64,000 bases of DNA from Blasia pusilla. Its lineage: Eukaryota. The notes beneath the pieces are model-generated. The model saw only the letters and a program-made list of their open reading frames with translations. It was not told where the DNA came from and searched no databases. Shown here one piece after another: positions 49,137-64,000 of this stretch (positions within the stretch are counted from its first letter, which is position 1; the number at the start of each line of letters is the position of its first letter). The stretch spans positions 21,080,001 through 21,144,000 of the forward strand of contig CM114271.1 in the NCBI GenBank assembly GCA_050084515.1, read 5' to 3'. Both the position numbers and the translations under genes were made by a program.

Positions 49137-52100
49137 AAACAAAAGCCAATCTCATGGTAAGAGGATTGGGTTACTCACAAGGTAAGAAGCATCATAGTGA
49201 GAATATATAATTCTTCACTTTCCTTCCTATTATCATTGGAGTAATCAAACATGGTTTTGTAAGAATCTGAGAAGAAATGGTTGTGATTGTCCTCGTCACA
49301 TTTGTTGTATGCACCATGTGGATACCAAGGTCGCACATGGAAAAAGGATCCACGGACTTATGTCCATCCCTACAATGGACATACCCGTGGACCGCCCCAA
49401 AGCGCGTAACGTAGACCCAGGCTGGCCGAGCCTATACCTATTTTGTAGCCCGCATGAATCCCCCGCGTAGCCTGCAAGGCGGGGTCAACTCTCATTGGGT
49501 GGGCCTACCACAGACTACTCTCGGGCTTCATGCATGCTACAAAATGGGTACGGGAGGGGGATCCATTGGGCATGTTTATGGACACGTCTGGACTTTTCCG
49601 TTTTCGTGCAATCTTGGTGGATACTCTTTGTCACGCTACAAGAGTCATGAGAGAGAGTGAGAGAGAGGTCTCATCTCATATCATCTCTATATTTAGACTT
49701 CAAGATTTAGTTGGTGAGTATGGTGTTCTTCGTGTATGGATTGTAAGAAAAATGTGTGTTGTATAACGAAGTGCATGTGCACGACATCCCATTGATCATT
49801 TATATTTTACTCATCTAGGCTAATGTTCTAATGTGCATTTTCAACTTTTAATTTAATTTTATAGTTTAGATTCCACTTCAAGTAATTACTCACACATAAC
49901 AAAATGAGAAAATTAGTTCATAATGTCTTACCCATTTCGTTACTTTATTGAAAGAGAATACTTGGTGAAGGAGAATACTATTGGTTGAGATCATGTTTTC
50001 ATGACATTCAAGGAGTATCTTGAATATGATGGAACACTTCAAAACCAAAACCATGGATGTAATGTAATGGATCTTACATATGAGGTGCCATTCATTGCAA
50101 ATGTCATTGGATCTTCTTTCAATTGCTTTGAAAATATTTTTTCTCTTGCTTTGGAAGCTTTGTTATGTGTTTAATTTTAATCATAGACTTTATTTACTAT
50201 GGAGACAAATTTACATGTAACTATTAATTCCACTAGCTTCTTCCACTTTTTCTCTTTTCCTTTCGCTTGAAAATCTTGCTACTTATTTCATTGTTTTCAA
50301 ATTCCCTTGCAGAAAACCAGGTTTCCATATAAGTTTAATCGCATGGATCGGTAGGAGTATGGAAGAAATTAACATCAAGATAGGGAAATTCAATCAAGTC
50401 CCTACAATTGATCTTTGGTAAATCATGAGAGCACCAACGAGTATAGTCAAGTGTGATGACAATTCTAAACCCAATGAAATTATGTCTAACTTCTCCCTCA
50501 AAGCACCGAGATATTTTTTAGGCACGAGTGTGTCACCCATCCAAAGGAAAACTTTTTACTCCATAAACTACTTCATCCAAATTTCATCTAGAATTTTCTT
50601 CATATGAGTTCTTCCATAATTAAAGATTGAAAAAAGTCTTCACATATGTTGTAAATTAAAATCAACCTCATTTCAACCCTCTCCTAAGAATATTGTTCAG
50701 AAATTTTCAAGAAAATGCTCATTATTTAGAAGTTACAAAATATAATGGATGATCTCTCGTTTCAAAAGATATAGTTAAAGCCCATGAAAGGAAGACAACA
50801 TGTGTTAGCCAAGCCTTAGGCCACATATCACCAAAGAGAGGGAACACTACCTCCTAATATCTCAAGTCAAAAGGAGGAAGAAAATGTTGAATTAAATGTC
50901 TGCATGTGATAGGTGAGGTGCACATCTATTTAGCAACATCCACTTTATTATAGTAACAAATCTCAAAAGACGACAAAGATAGGTAATAACATCTCAAAAG
51001 AGGAGGAGTCAAAAAATGCATGATGGAATGTAAAAAGAAAATGGCAACTAGCCAACACAAACACCAACTTAACAAGCTACACAATTGATGGCCTGAAACA
51101 AATTTGACAAGAATACTAGTGGTTGGTTAGACGTGAACTGACCACGAGGCGAGCGACCTCCCACCACTTCGGCACGACGTATCAATATTAAATCTTGAGC
51201 ACATTGTAAGGCCACTAAGATGCATTTCCAAAAATAAGTAGTGATTGTAGAGAGAGAAGGACTACGGTGATGATTCTCGAGGCAATGGTGAGCACATGTT
51301 TTAAGGAAAGTATCAATAGACACATACAAATGATTGAATACTTCCACTATAAAAGGAATAAATTCATCCATTGCATGTCTCACATCATAACTTAATTCCT
51401 TAATTCTTGCTGCTACTTTGGGGCCAAACCTTTGGTATGTACGGCTCAACATACCAAGTCACAACATGTTGGATCAATAACCATCGCATCACCCTTTGTC
51501 TGGAATCCATCACAAGACATAACAAGATCAAGTCTCTAACGAGAGGTTGCTTGTATGGTTGAAGGTAGGACATGAAGTTACTCTTGCCCAACGCTCAGGG
51601 GGGGTCACTATGTGAAAGGCTCTACATCACCTACGACGTTTTAGGGTCTGGGCCCCTAACTTCTAAGTGGAAAAAAAAATTTCTCACCCTTATGTACTTT
51701 AAAGGAGTCATTTTTCATTTTTGGTACCCCTAAAATTCTTTAAGTAAAGCAATCACTTGAAATAAATAAGGCTTTGAAAGAAAAGAAAAGAACCAAGTTA
51801 AGTTAACATCCAACATGTTGTCGTTACCCTATGAAAGAGGGGGATTCAACCCCTAATTAAGCAAGAAGCTCAATCAACCAGTCTGTCATCCCCCTAGCCA
51901 ACTCCCTCCCACTAACCTACTCACAATTCAATAATCTCAAGTACACTCTAAGCACAATCCATGAAAATATTGAATCCAACATGTCTCAAACATAAAAAAA
52001 AAAAAAAACTCACCAAGATCAACTCACACTCTAAATGTATGTAGTCAAAGCATGTAAGTCAACTGAATCAAGTACATATATTCTATCTTGTACCCCTGAT

Positions 52101-53499
52101 TTCATTGTCAACTTCACATTAGAAATCACCATTTCAATATCAATCCATTGCACATCTATTGCATCATAAGTGAACAAGGTTTTTTTGTTACCATGGTTGG
52201 AAGACTTGTACCAATTACACATGACACGATAAATGCTTCCCTTCTATCCAAGAGGAGGTACAAGTATGTCCATCAAGGCCAAGGCCCTACGACGTCTTGA
52301 CCAATGTGTATCATTCTTCTAAATCATTAACACAATACTCCCTAACCAATACTCTCTGTGAGTACGAATTTTCAAGTGTTTCTGGAGAGCTCAAAGATTA
52401 AAACATGATTGACAACAAGCAACAAAATTTGGTTCGCTGATCACTCTATACATAATTTTCCACAAGAGACGACATTGGTTTTAGCTTTCAATCATAGATT
52501 TTGTGTTGGAAAACTACGGACGTAACTGAATACTGAAGTTGAGTGCTTGTTGGAGGTTGGCACATGGTGGCATTACAAGAGGTAAACGCATGGTGCCTGT
52601 GTGGAGAAGCACAGGACTGTAGTGGAGAGATGGCAAGCAGAGGAAGATTTTTGTTGGGCGCATTAAGTTTCAAATATCTCTCTTACACGACCAAATCCAA
52701 TTTCCCCCACCACCAAATGTGAATCAAATGAGAGAGAGATCACATGCTTACTTGAATCAGCTTGAAAATAAGAGGGTGGATAACAATAAGCCAACCAATG
52801 CCGAACAATGGTGAACCAACTTCAACAATAAGCCAAAATGATAGACATACACGAACGATTCTAGAGAAGCACATTTTGTCCGTCCGAGCTTCCAGTATTA
52901 CAGGATGTAGATCCAATTGAGAAAAAAAATTGAAAGAGAACTGCTTCACAAGTAGGTGTTAGTGATCACAGATCGAAGAAAGTTTTTCAACATGTCCGAT
53001 ATTTGGGAAGAACTCAACAGAGGATTGATTGAAGCTTGCTCGATCATCAAATCTCCATACAAGCTGCATGCAACTCGCTTGCAAGCTCTTCTTTCGAGTG
53101 GCGGTTGTTTGTCTTTCCTTGGAAGGTTTTCCCCTAAACCCAAACCCGGTTAAAGTCTACTCGGGAGAAGTAGTGGGAAAATGGTTAAGGGGGGAAACCT
53201 TAAAAAAAAACTATCTTTTTCCCTCTAAATTTCCCTACAAAGAATCAAAGAATTTCGTACCTAGGGAGCAAAATTATTATATAAAATTAAATTTGAAATA
53301 AATATAAATAAATTTTATACAACAAATATGTATTATATATTTTTTGTGAGTATTAACCCTATCTTATGTGAATGTCTTCCATAGAAGGGAAACTAATATA
53401 AATACCCTATTGTTCTTTTAAGAGCGCCATAGAATAAATGAAATCTTATTGTTCTTCCACAAAACTTAATAAGTCTTCCGAGGGACGCAATTAAAAAAC

Positions 53500-54790
53500 C
53501 CTTTACTTTGTTGCACGTGATGGGGCATATTTGTGGAAGTGAGACCCCCGAGGCCCAACGGTGTATCCAACAATAAAAGCCACCGATATCGATGCTACTA
53601 CCTCTCTAATGACATCATCTATGGCCGTTCGTTCTCCACCATGTGCACATCGGAGAATATAGATATCCTTTGTATCAATGGGATCCCCGCGTACATAATT
53701 TGGCACACCTAACAAAAAAAGATGGGGAAGTCCAAGGAGTAACCGCAAAGTTTTCGAGAATATACTTCGACGAAGACGAAATGGAAGAATAAGAGGATTT
53801 GCAGTAAGCCATGCCCCCGCTCATGTACCCACACATGAACAAAGATGAGCTCAATGAGCGTGAGAGGATGCCTTAGAAAGAATGCTAGACAAGTTAATAT
53901 GGTGCAAATTCTCAGAGATATGCTCCTGAAGTCGATCAAGTCCTTCCGTAATCAATTCACTGAAAAGGGGTAGAATTGCTTGTGTAGTGAGAGGAAGAAG
54001 AGCTCGGGCATATCTCACTTGTTGTTGAATAACAAGTGCCCCTCCTCTTCATGGGCGACATGATCCATCAAGATAGGTGTATCTCCTTGGAGAAACATTG
54101 AAGTCATAATCGGTGCTACCAACACCCAACTCCCCAAAAGAGATGTTTTCTCCAAAAAAAGCGATTGTGGATGAAAGGCCACCCTCCAAAAGAAATAGGC
54201 AAGAGAGCTTGTTGTGAAGCCAAGACGCCATTCTCTCCCTCAAATGTATTTGGATCCAAAAAGTTGACCAAATTTATCAAGATAGAAGCGTCAAAAGAGG
54301 CCAACCGGTGTAAGAACGTTGAAGTAGGAGGACAACTGCAAAGAAGGTAGGAGAGATGTCGTAGAAAACATAAGAAGAGAATTTCATAAGCCACTTGGGG
54401 ATTCCCTAGATGAGGTAACAAATTGAGTCATTCTACGTCTTTCAAAAGGGCCTCATCTAAGGACTTGGAGACATATTCGATGAAGCCAATTACGACCCAA
54501 GAACCCTAACCCCTTCAACATAGACGGGAAAATCAGGAATAGGCAGGATGAATGTTCAAGGAAGGCATGGAGGAGACCATACCCGACATTTACTAGGTTA
54601 GACTTTAAGGTTTAAGTAAGAGAGTTGCTCCACAAAATAGCTATAAGCAAGAACCACTTCAAAAAGAAGACCTATAATGTGAGTATCATCAGCAATAGAA
54701 AGGAAAAGACAAGATGGAAATGCTTGGGCTGATACTCGAAGGGCAAAAAAATATACAATGGCAAGTAGTGGGCAACCCATGGGATTACTA
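53500..54790 (-). pseudogene. Non-LTR retrotransposon remnant (CRE-like, RT plus C-terminal region)
   Basis: MGCPLLA...SIADDTHIIG...LNLKV..SKC (RT core), QALLPISFGG, RLLLGLPH, and ILRCAHGGERTAIDDVIR (decayed Zn finger before an RLE domain). Confidence 0.7.
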
Positions 54791-57700
54791 TATTCTCCGG
54801 AAGTAGCTTGAAGAAGGCTTATCCATAGCCAATAAACGATAAGCCCCTAAGAGCCTGGAGATAGAGAATGGGAGACGACCTCCCGCAATATATGCACACA
54901 CCTTATATTGTCGTGCGCTTATTCTCCTTGAATGTAAATCTTTAATGTTGCGGAAGCGTCCGTTCAGTAGGACATGCTCTCATTGCTAATCTGCACCCAA
55001 ACAAGTTAGTCGGGTCTACATCAATCAACATTCTATCTCATTGATCTCTCGACTCAACCTCTCATCAAGCTCAACCTTCCTAGTTTCTCGCTTTACAACA
55101 CGGGCAAATCTCTAAAGACTTGGGACATACTTTCTGGTCAGTCGAGGAACCTTAAACGGCATTTGCACGTTTGACAGTCCCAACTGTCCAATGGACCTCC
55201 AATGAGTCCCTAACTGAGACTCACTAAAATGAGTCGTGGCTTGGAACCCAAGTGTGGCTTTCGAAATCCACTCCCTTGGATCAAGTTTGGGTTTGGAGTT
55301 CCAACATCCAACTCTCGTTTCATTCCATGCCTTGAGCCGCCCTATGGCACCCTAAGATGGGGTTTGGGTCCCAAGAATCCTTGGAGACACTCCCCCTTAT
55401 TATTATTTTTGGGGATCTCCGCCCTCCCCCTAACTTTAGGGAACTTTTTTTGGCCCTCAACCCAACTCCCTATATAGTTTTTTTCGGCAAGTATCTTAGT
55501 CTATGCTTGTACGTTTGCTAAGATCTTTGGTGCGTTGGAACCGGCTTTGCATAAGCTTTTCAATGTTACCTTACTTGTCCCACACGCATCTCGAGACTAA
55601 ACATTATGGCCTAAGGCACAGTCAAAATCCCTACAATATTCGCGTTCCAAATCTGATCCTCACCTCTTTAGCAACCAACTTTCCTAGACTCAACTCATCT
55701 CAACTCTTGGTTCACATTTGGTACAGGCTTTCTAATCGCGACTATTAACGCATGAAACACGCAAGCTCTATTCGCGGTTTTCGTCTCTTGGACTCATCCA
55801 AGAGATCTCTCCAGAGCGCAACCATCGTAGCGTGAGCCCGATTAAATTTTAATGTTCCGTTTGGCATTGGTTTGGTTATGAGGGTCGCGCCATACATAGA
55901 GAGACAAAGCCACTTACCGAATTTGTCGAGATCAAGCAATCGCGGAGATGCTCAGAAACCATCCCTACTAGCATGATTGCTAACAAGCGAGGAGTATGAA
56001 GAAAAACCCTTGTGAAAACCTCCAAGTCAAGATCCAGTGTATAATCTTCCTCAAATGATGATGTACATCATCACTTGAAAGAGGGTAAAGAGCTTCTAAA
56101 CGAACCTTTGTATCCGCACTTGGAACCGCCAATAAGAGAGGACCCAAACTTCAAACCGCACTCGAAAGCTCACCAACTTGCACCAAAAGTAGACGACGTC
56201 GAAGGCGCTGTTGTATCGGACATCTCCCATGATTGGCATGTTGAATGGAATGAGCCGTAACTAACACCTCTGCTCAAAATGAATGCTCATTCAATGATTG
56301 CTATGAGGGAATGAAATCGTAATGTTGGGTCCAACCCATAACAAAAGATCAAAAAAAACAAGAGGAATCTCTTGACCCAATGATATACTCAGATCACACT
56401 ATAAAAATGTGTGTAATTGCATTCAAAAATCTATGAGCAAACTTTAGAGAGAATAAGCTTCAAAGATCCCAAGAACTTTGATGAACTCCATATTACATGG
56501 AAAAAAGAAGACCCCAAACTTCAAGTTTGAGAAGATGGACACATTAGACCTTCATTTGAAAAAAATTGGAATACATTGAAAGTGATTACAAACCAAATCT
56601 TCAAAGTCCCTACATCTCCTCCATAGTTCTCACTATGGAGGTGAACGAGGGACTTCGCTTAAAGAGTAGAAATGAAGAAGAAATAATAAGAAAAATAAGC
56701 CCATCCAAGGGGTGTTCGACCACATAAAGACTCTTATACACTTGAACACTCAAGAAGGGTTTATGTCACTTGGCAAAGGTTTATGTGCCAGAAATAATAA
56801 TCCTGTTGATTTGGATCCACCGGACATGATTTTTCGGATTAACAAGGAGATGGCCCATGTAAAATGTTAAAAGTTTGTACACAAGCCAAAGGAACCTTCC
56901 GGTCGGGTATGCAAAGCTCCACAACTTAAGTGCGAAAGCGCAGTAGGTGAAACTCTAGATAACCCCCATTGGAATATGGAAGGTAAGAGGTGCACTCGAA
57001 GGGTTTCAAAAGTTCAATGAGAAACTAAAGGATGAATTACACCATCAAAATGGGACAAATGTTCTAAGTTTCAAGCACCAGGGAAGGAACAGAAATAGCT
57101 TTTGCTGTTGGTGCAAAACTGTGAATCCACAGGAATGCTTCCAAAAGGATTTATACTGCCACAGTCCAGAGTCCTTTGGGAAGGGACTTCTATTCAAGTC
57201 TACTATACATCTACTCCCACTGATGTAGAGATACTAAGCAGGTCGGGACTCATAACACCAGTACCACAGGTCAGGTTGGCACTGGGAGTTTAAGATAGTC
57301 TTTCGCTGGTCTGTCTTCACTCACATTACATCCATGTTCTCTTCTTCCTGAGTTTGTCCCTATAGAAATGAAAACTTGTTGCAGCAGTCATGACCATGAC
57401 CAGATGCAAGACCTCAAGCAAGGCTAAAAACAAAGGTTACATACTGTGGCCACTTCAAAGTATTGACAATAATCCCAGAAGATAGCTGTGAAATTTTACT
57501 CCCGATTGAACTTCTTCTAGACAGCAGAAAGTGGAGGTCTTTCCGTGAGAGTACTCAACACCTAGACGACACATGCCCACAATATTCCATTCTTTGGACC
57601 CATACCAAAGGTGTAGCTGGCCAACAAACGATATTTTGACAAGATGCAAGGGGATCCTTGCACTGCTCCAGTTCAGACATTGTGTCAAATCGGTATACAA

Positions 57701-57817
57701 ATGGAGAACATCCTAGATTCTCCAGTTTTGTTTCTCTTTTTCAACTCTTACTCTTACTACTTCTACTACTCGCAAATATTATCAAAACTTTGCTTCAGGC
57801 CAGAATTGTCGAGGCCC

Positions 57818-59018
57818 TCAATTCTCTAAGATGCCTAGAATGTCGTCATCCCGGTATAGAACAAACCTGTACCCATAACAAGAAGCGCACAAACCAAAAC
57901 GCCAGTCAAATAAGTGGCAGTAAGAACCATTACACAATGCCTCAACATGTCAGTAAGAAGTAGCTGGCCTGGCACGGACTAAAATGTACAATATACAGAA
58001 GGGCAAAGAAAGGTCAGGAACTTCAATTGGGAGTTCCTTTGGTATGGATCTAACAGGAACTTCAATTACTTCAGCTGAAGTTCATCATAGAAACTGGAGA
58101 TCCATCCACCTATGGTTCACGCAGCATCAATGAACAATACCTGGAAGGGATTTTCTGTGAAATGACTTCGATTCCAGAGGAGTAACCTCCCCTCACAATA
58201 ACGGAAGTTTGCCTATCTAGTGTCCAATTTTCAGAGGGGGAGTAGGTACACAAGAATCTGCGACTCAAATTCTGATTAGCCGAAAATGAAGTACTGTCAC
58301 TTGTGAAGGTAAAGGAAAGGGTTGACTCACTCTTTCTCCCCGAGCTTAAGTGCAGTTCCACCATATTCTGGGAGCATGACAGTGTCACCTTCCTTCACAC
58401 TAACAGGTAGAATGTTTCCATCCCTTGTCCTGCCCCCAGGACCCGTCGCAATGACAATACCAGAATTGACCTGGACACAGGAGGCCATTCCATTCATGCG
58501 CCACCAGGGTAAGAGCTCCACAAAATCTCGAACAAACAGAGATAGCTAACTCAGCCAGTGTCGCCAAGAACACCACTCATATACAAACACTACGACGAGG
58601 GATGCATTGAATTTCACTGAACGGGTGATCCCAGTTCCATCACTTGATAAGAAAGCTGAGCATTAAGAGGCTGGCTGGACTGTATGCAAAGACCGGAAAA
58701 CACTCAAACGCAGTGTAAATGAGATTAAGCCCCAGCAGCAATCCAAGGACGGACAACACAAAATTCCGTGTACTATCAAAATCCTTCTACCTCATCAGCA
58801 GTTCCAGACAGTAGTTACAGATCTAATCTCCCAGAACTCACGGCACGAAACACAGTGCCCTTCACGAATCCGAAATGAAACCTAGGGGTAGAAGCACGAC
58901 CACAGACCTTCGTGGCAGCCGCCGATTCTGGCAACAAAATACCACCGGCGGACTTCGTCGGCGGCACGACCTTCTCCACCAGGATTCTGTCCAACAGAGG
59001 GATCAATCTCTTCGCCAT
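57818..59018 (-). CDS. CPN10: 10-kDa chaperonin (GroES family, probably mitochondrial), 3 exons, 99 aa
   Basis: Exons 59018-58908, 58470-58331 and 57866-57818 with GT-AG introns (300 nt): MAKRLIPLLDRILVEK...GGILLPE...GPG...VKEGDTVMLPEYGG...LYRDDDILGILEN*. Confidence 0.95.
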
Positions 59019-59629
59019 CTCCCCCTCTCTCTCTCTCTGCTCTCGGCTCCGCTCCGATCGGCTCCGATCGAATCACTGGCAGCTCGAAACTTGCTCCTAA
59101 ACCCCTCCACCGATTCGTGATCGCCCCGGGCTTTCCAACCTGGGCTCTGCTGGTCCTCTACGCACACTAAGTTGCCCTAATCGTTGAAATCTCTGAACGC
59201 ACTTCCGGGCAAATACTGTACGAAACTTCGAGGCCCTTCGCGTCTCTTCTCCACTACTTGACACAGAAGGAAAGCAGCAGAGACTCACAGAGTCGCCCGG
59301 TGGGAGAACCCCAGATCCGAGGGTTCCGGACCTCACTGTGAGGGAGGCTTCTAGAGGCCGTTGCACAGTCAGATGGTCAACTTGGACACGTGTTCAAGGT
59401 AAGCCTTTCGATTGGCCCTTTCCTCCGGAAAACTATTCTCTTCTCGCCACCACGCTGGCGAAAACGCTCTTTGCCATTGGCCAGATCTCGTGGACCCAAG
59501 AGTATGAGAAATCCAGATGGGTTCCAAAACCCTAACAGAACCGGGTCACCGTTGTTCGTATGATGCAAAGCTCCTTCATTAAGGGAATATTGGACTACAC
59601 TCTTGCACAACCTCACAAAGTCCCATATT

Positions 59630-62600
59630 GTAGCATCGGGATATTCATTATCTCCATGGAGACTATGTTGTGCATATGCATATTGCTACACAAGAAAGTT
59701 GAAGTAGGCATTGCTTATACGGCCAACTCCATTCTCGAATCTACATATCGTCATCAAGCCATATCCACCCTATCTCCATGGAAACTATGGATAAATCAGC
59801 GAGATCTAGTAGAGCGCCTTCGGAGATACTCGAGAACACTCTCAAGAGGTCGAGGATGACTTGTTGAGGCCACGGGTAACCTGAGAGAACACGTTTCCCC
59901 TTCGTCTCGGCTCATTTGGAGCCATATACCAAAAATTTACTATTTTAGGTAAGTTTCCATTTGGAATATAGTTGACTTTCCACTTTGGGAAGTTTCCCTT
60001 GACCCGCTACAGTAGGTCAAGAGCGAAGGAGGTGAGCACAGGTTACCGAGGAGAGAGCTTGAGAGAGGGAAGGGGATATACCTCCAAGAGAGAGAGCTTG
60101 AGAGTTCATTCTCTCTTTGTTGAACCTCTTGGCATGAGGCGGCGGAGCTATGGTCCTCCTTGCCTTGTGTGTGTAACCCAAGCCTCTCATTAGGAGAGTG
60201 GATTCGGTTTGACATGAGAGAGTGTGCACACCATGGAGAGATTGGTGTGAGACATTGATGTGAGATTGGATAGATTTACAAAGAAATTTATGTGTGTTAC
60301 GTTAACGATCCAGGTTCAACCCCATGGTTGAGTTCTTTGTTGAGTTAAGGAAGAGCTTCCTGGGGGTACGGACTGAGAAGTTGCGGAGCATCCATGACCT
60401 CCAAAGGCGCCCAGGTGAGAGTTTGCGTGAAGCCTACACTTGCTTGCATCGGTTGATTAACGTCACTCAAGGGGTGATAGAGTCTCAGGCTATCCAGTCA
60501 TGGTACGTGATATTGGACTGAACCCTACAGACACGGTTGCCGGAGGGAGTGCTTCTAATGAACACCTCACTTACCTTGAGAGATGTTTTTAGGACCGCGG
60601 AGAACATTGAGCGCAACATGGCGGAGGAGAGCGTCGCCACCATGAGTTCTAGGCGAGAGTAGTCACGATTGCCTACACCACCAGTGCAGCAACGTGGATT
60701 CTGAGATAGATGTGTGGCACCACGAGCTCAGGGAGGATACCGGGAGGCCGTGCCTTAGAGACCTACGCCTTCATATACGGCTTAGTAGCAGACGCCTGCG
60801 ATTATTTGTTGGGCATGTGGTGGAGCCCATCATGAGCGCGATTGCACTCGTCAGGGTCATAGACATGTGCCTCAAGATGGAGAAGAAGATGGTCCTGCAC
60901 CAGGAGGTTTATCAATATGACTATTGTCAAAGGTACGATCACACACGCGCCAGGTATTTCAGCCTACATCTTGAGTTACGTCCGGACCGAGGGCCATAGA
61001 GGGCACCAGAGCGAGTTGCCAGTCCGGGTGGGCCTAGAAGTCGTGCATGAGGTGATTCCATTGGGGGAGGAGGAGCTAGAGTTGCCCAAGGGGATGGTGG
61101 AGTTGCCACTGGAGGAGGTGGAGTCCCACCACATAGACGCGTCGAGGAAGACGTCGAGCGTGAGGCTCGGATGGTTGCTTAGATACAGCAACTACAGCAG
61201 CAGATTGCCACTATGGCCTTGAGGTTACCCGATGTCAGATCCACAGCATCGACATCTTATGGCGCGGTCGGAGATATGGACAATCCTAGTTGGATATGCG
61301 CGATTGTCAGTTGGAGGCAACCGTTGTTGTTATACGTGGAGCGACCGCCAAGTTGGATCCACAGAGGGGGGAATCCAGGAAACAAACTCGGCTTGCTCAG
61401 TCTTTCACGTTGTCCGAGGCGATGAGGACCCCATCGATGGGTCCTTATGAGAGTTCCCAGAGAGTTGATGTTTTTGGTGTATAGGCACAGAGGGCAATGG
61501 GAGAAGCGAGTGTGACGACTCCTATTGCTAATGCTCATGAGGAGCATGTGTCGAGCACATTATTGGGGGCAGCCACTATTGTGTACCGCGCTCCTTTCTT
61601 TTCTGCTTCCGATGTTATGACGTTGGGAGGAACGCCCGCCAAGGTTTTTTGGCTAGCCGCTACACTATGTGAGCGTGGAGTTGGTGTTCCTGCGTCACAC
61701 TCATGGGTGATTGCAGAGGAGGTGATGGACCTACCCTTGGAGCCTATGCTTGGGCTGTCCACGTGATATTCCTGGCAGGCTACGACTGCTAGGATGGCGG
61801 AGATGCCAGCTAGACCCGCGATAGCGTGTGCCATCACTGCTCTTGGTGTTGTATTACTTGATAATTGGGGATAGGTCTTCCAGTTGGTGACTCCAATAGG
61901 TACAATTTTTAGTCCGCAGCGTGTCTTGTTGGATTCGGGAGCGCAACCCTTGATGTTGGAGAAAGCGGCATTCAAAGGATTGGGCTTGATGAGAGCCGAT
62001 GTGGAGTGTTGTCCTTTCAGGATACATACATCCTTGGGTGGAGCGAGTACCACACACTATATCACCCCACATGAGGTTGTGGTGAGGATTGGCTCGGGAC
62101 ATCCTACATATGAGTCTGTGGTGTGAGCCAAGGCGATAGTGACCGGTGCAGAGTCCTACGACGTCTTGGTTGGTGGAACAATATTGTACCCGATTGGGTT
62201 TTCCTTGGATTACTGGGAGGAGTCAACATCCTACAGACCAGAATGACAGTCGAGTGATCGGCGCCTTAGCTCATTACCCATTCGATTCATCGATGGAATG
62301 ATCGAGCAACGGCCAAGAGAGATGGCGACCTTAGCGGCATTTAGCAATGGCCATCACTTGGCCTAGTGATTTCATTGAGGGACATGTCCATGCATAGGAC
62401 ACTCCCGTTCGTGAAATTTTTGTGGGGAGGAGTGTCATGGTAGCTGCATCATTCCGTGGAGGAGAGGTGCCGCTTTGGGGCTCGACTGAGGAGCTTCGAC
62501 GCTTAGTCGTTAAGCATGTGCAGACTACATGGAGCAAGACGTTTGCACAAGAGCATGATGGGTCAGAGGACCCCGAGGTAGCCAAAAGTGCTACTATGAC

Positions 62601-64000
62601 CCCTTTGGACACCACTCCAATTATGTGGTGCATCCCAGAGGAGGGTATTCACGTGTTGGATCTCTTTGGAAGGATCAGTTTAGTTGTTGTTTTGCAGGCA
62701 ACAGTACCTGTACGTTAAGATTGATGATGTTATGAGGTGCACTTCACGTCACCATATAGCGCAGTTATGCCTCCAATTTCCCGACTTCTTCTTTTTGTCC
62801 GCCATGGAGGGGTACCAAAGTTCCCTACTGAGGGACATTTTATTGTTGGGACGCACGACTTGGAGCGGGTAGGGATCATAGACTTGGTCATTGCTGGTTG
62901 GCCGTGTGAGGGTCAGTCGAGTGTTGGACAGGGTAGCGGACTCTCCGTCCATGTTATTTTGGGAGATGATGCGGATCTTGCAACACTTATAAGAGCATCG
63001 GTCTTGTTCTCTAGGATGCATTCTACAGAATGTGCCAATTTTGGGCAATTCAAGGTCCCAGGTGGTGACGAGTGCACATTAGGTACGTGCATGGATCAGC
63101 CCGGCACTGTTATTGGATGCGGCGCGTGTAGGTTCACGAGCACATCATCCACGTCTTTCGTGGACCAACTTTATGCCACATGAGGTTTTTTGGAGGGCTT
63201 ATGCGAGAGTGGAGCACCCCTCCCATTTGTTGGTGGATTCTATTCTTGATCCAAGTCGCCGATCATAGGCAGTACGACACGATGATCGACCTCCGTTGAC
63301 TATGGTCAACATGATTGGCATGCCACGAGCAGCTTTTCCCACATTGATGAGTTTTCCCGCTTCCTATGCATTCAAGGAGGTAGGGCCTGGCTTGGTTTGG
63401 GATGACTAGGTACAGCGGTTGGTGGAGCCCAATGCCAATGAGCGAGAGTGAGCGATGGGATTCCTCACACGAGTGATGGCAGTACCGTCACTATAAGAGG
63501 TATCATGACATCATGTCTTGGGTCAGGCGATGGACCTAAAGTGCTTGACATGGATTTTCAGCTTAGGAGTAGTTGAGCAACGTTGTTTGCGGATGCGACA
63601 GATCACAGTTGTTGCATTGGTGAGCCCCATGCCTACCAAGATGGTTGAGGAAGTGGCTAGGGACGAGACTCGAGGAGATCGACACATCAAGGGTGATCGG
63701 GAGAGACATCCTTGGACTTCTTGGGATGTTTTGCAGGTATGCCACAAGATAATAACCACAGCATCGAGCGTGGTTCCGGGTACTACACGTGGAGATCCAA
63801 GTTTGCAATTGGTTGTAGGGGAGCAATTGAGTCATGTTGTCCGAGATGGGGTTGCACCATAGCAACCACCGACACCCGCGCCGGAGAGTCCTATTCTAGT
63901 AACGATGGAGACTTGGGAGCCAGATATGGGCCCTAAGTTGACAAGAGGAGAGCGGCGCCGGATACACCAGTTTTGTAGGAGTTATTGGAGTTGTTTTGCA
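59630..64000 (+). mobile_element. Element C: third DNMT-carrying gypsy-like copy, running off the window end
   Basis: gag homology from ~60320 (GVRTEKL...RRPGESLREAY), protease VLLDSGAQPLML at ~61920, DNMT, then pre-RT ETWEP. The 5' limit is uncertain; GGATGACTTGTTGA...GGTAACCTG at 59854 matches repeat A of B. Confidence 0.85.
62641..63590 (+). pseudogene. Element C C5 DNA methyltransferase domain
   Basis: VLDLFGRIS, DLVIAGWPCEGQ, LQNV, RAHHPRLSWTN, NERE*AMGF, LGQAMD; several frameshifts. Confidence 0.88.

Noticed and set aside
49434-49550. Short imperfect hairpin
   Set aside because: Too short and imperfect to interpret.
51050-52480. Fragmentary minus-strand ORFs, possibly transposase-derived
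   Set aside because: No diagnostic catalytic motif recognised.
55000-57050. Possible LTR or other TE remnants
   Set aside because: No paired repeat or coding motif found.

Overview
Eukaryotic land-plant genomic DNA; a non-seed plant such as a bryophyte is my inference from gene and TE types. The window is TE-rich and holds two intact spliced host genes: an NPF7-type NRT1/PTR transporter (+, 41381-44426) and chaperonin-10 (-, 57818-59018). There is also a disabled GIP1/MZT1 copy. The main feature is three copies (A, B nested in A, and C running off the right edge) of an unusual Ty3/gypsy-like retrotransposon. Its polyprotein reads gag(2 Zn knuckles)-protease-DNMT3-like C5 cytosine methyltransferase-RT-RNaseH-DDE integrase-PHD finger. 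Both full-length copies (A and B) lack ordinary LTR pairs. They have split direct repeats, A1...B1-A2-B2, with an internal junction that reproduces the joined element ends (CA-nn-TG in A, TA-nn-TG in B), no tRNA primer-binding site, a conserved 40-nt 3' terminus and a covarying stem-loop. I know this layout from tyrosine-recombinase retroelements, not from integrase elements. Also present: a decayed hAT with TIRs and TSD, Harbinger and CRE-like LINE remnants, a ~2.1 kb fold-back, a 230-bp hairpin, a ~160-bp tandem repeat and a (CT)n microsatellite. All TE coding regions are pseudogenised. Coordinates were read by eye and domain calls come from motif recognition, not database searches.
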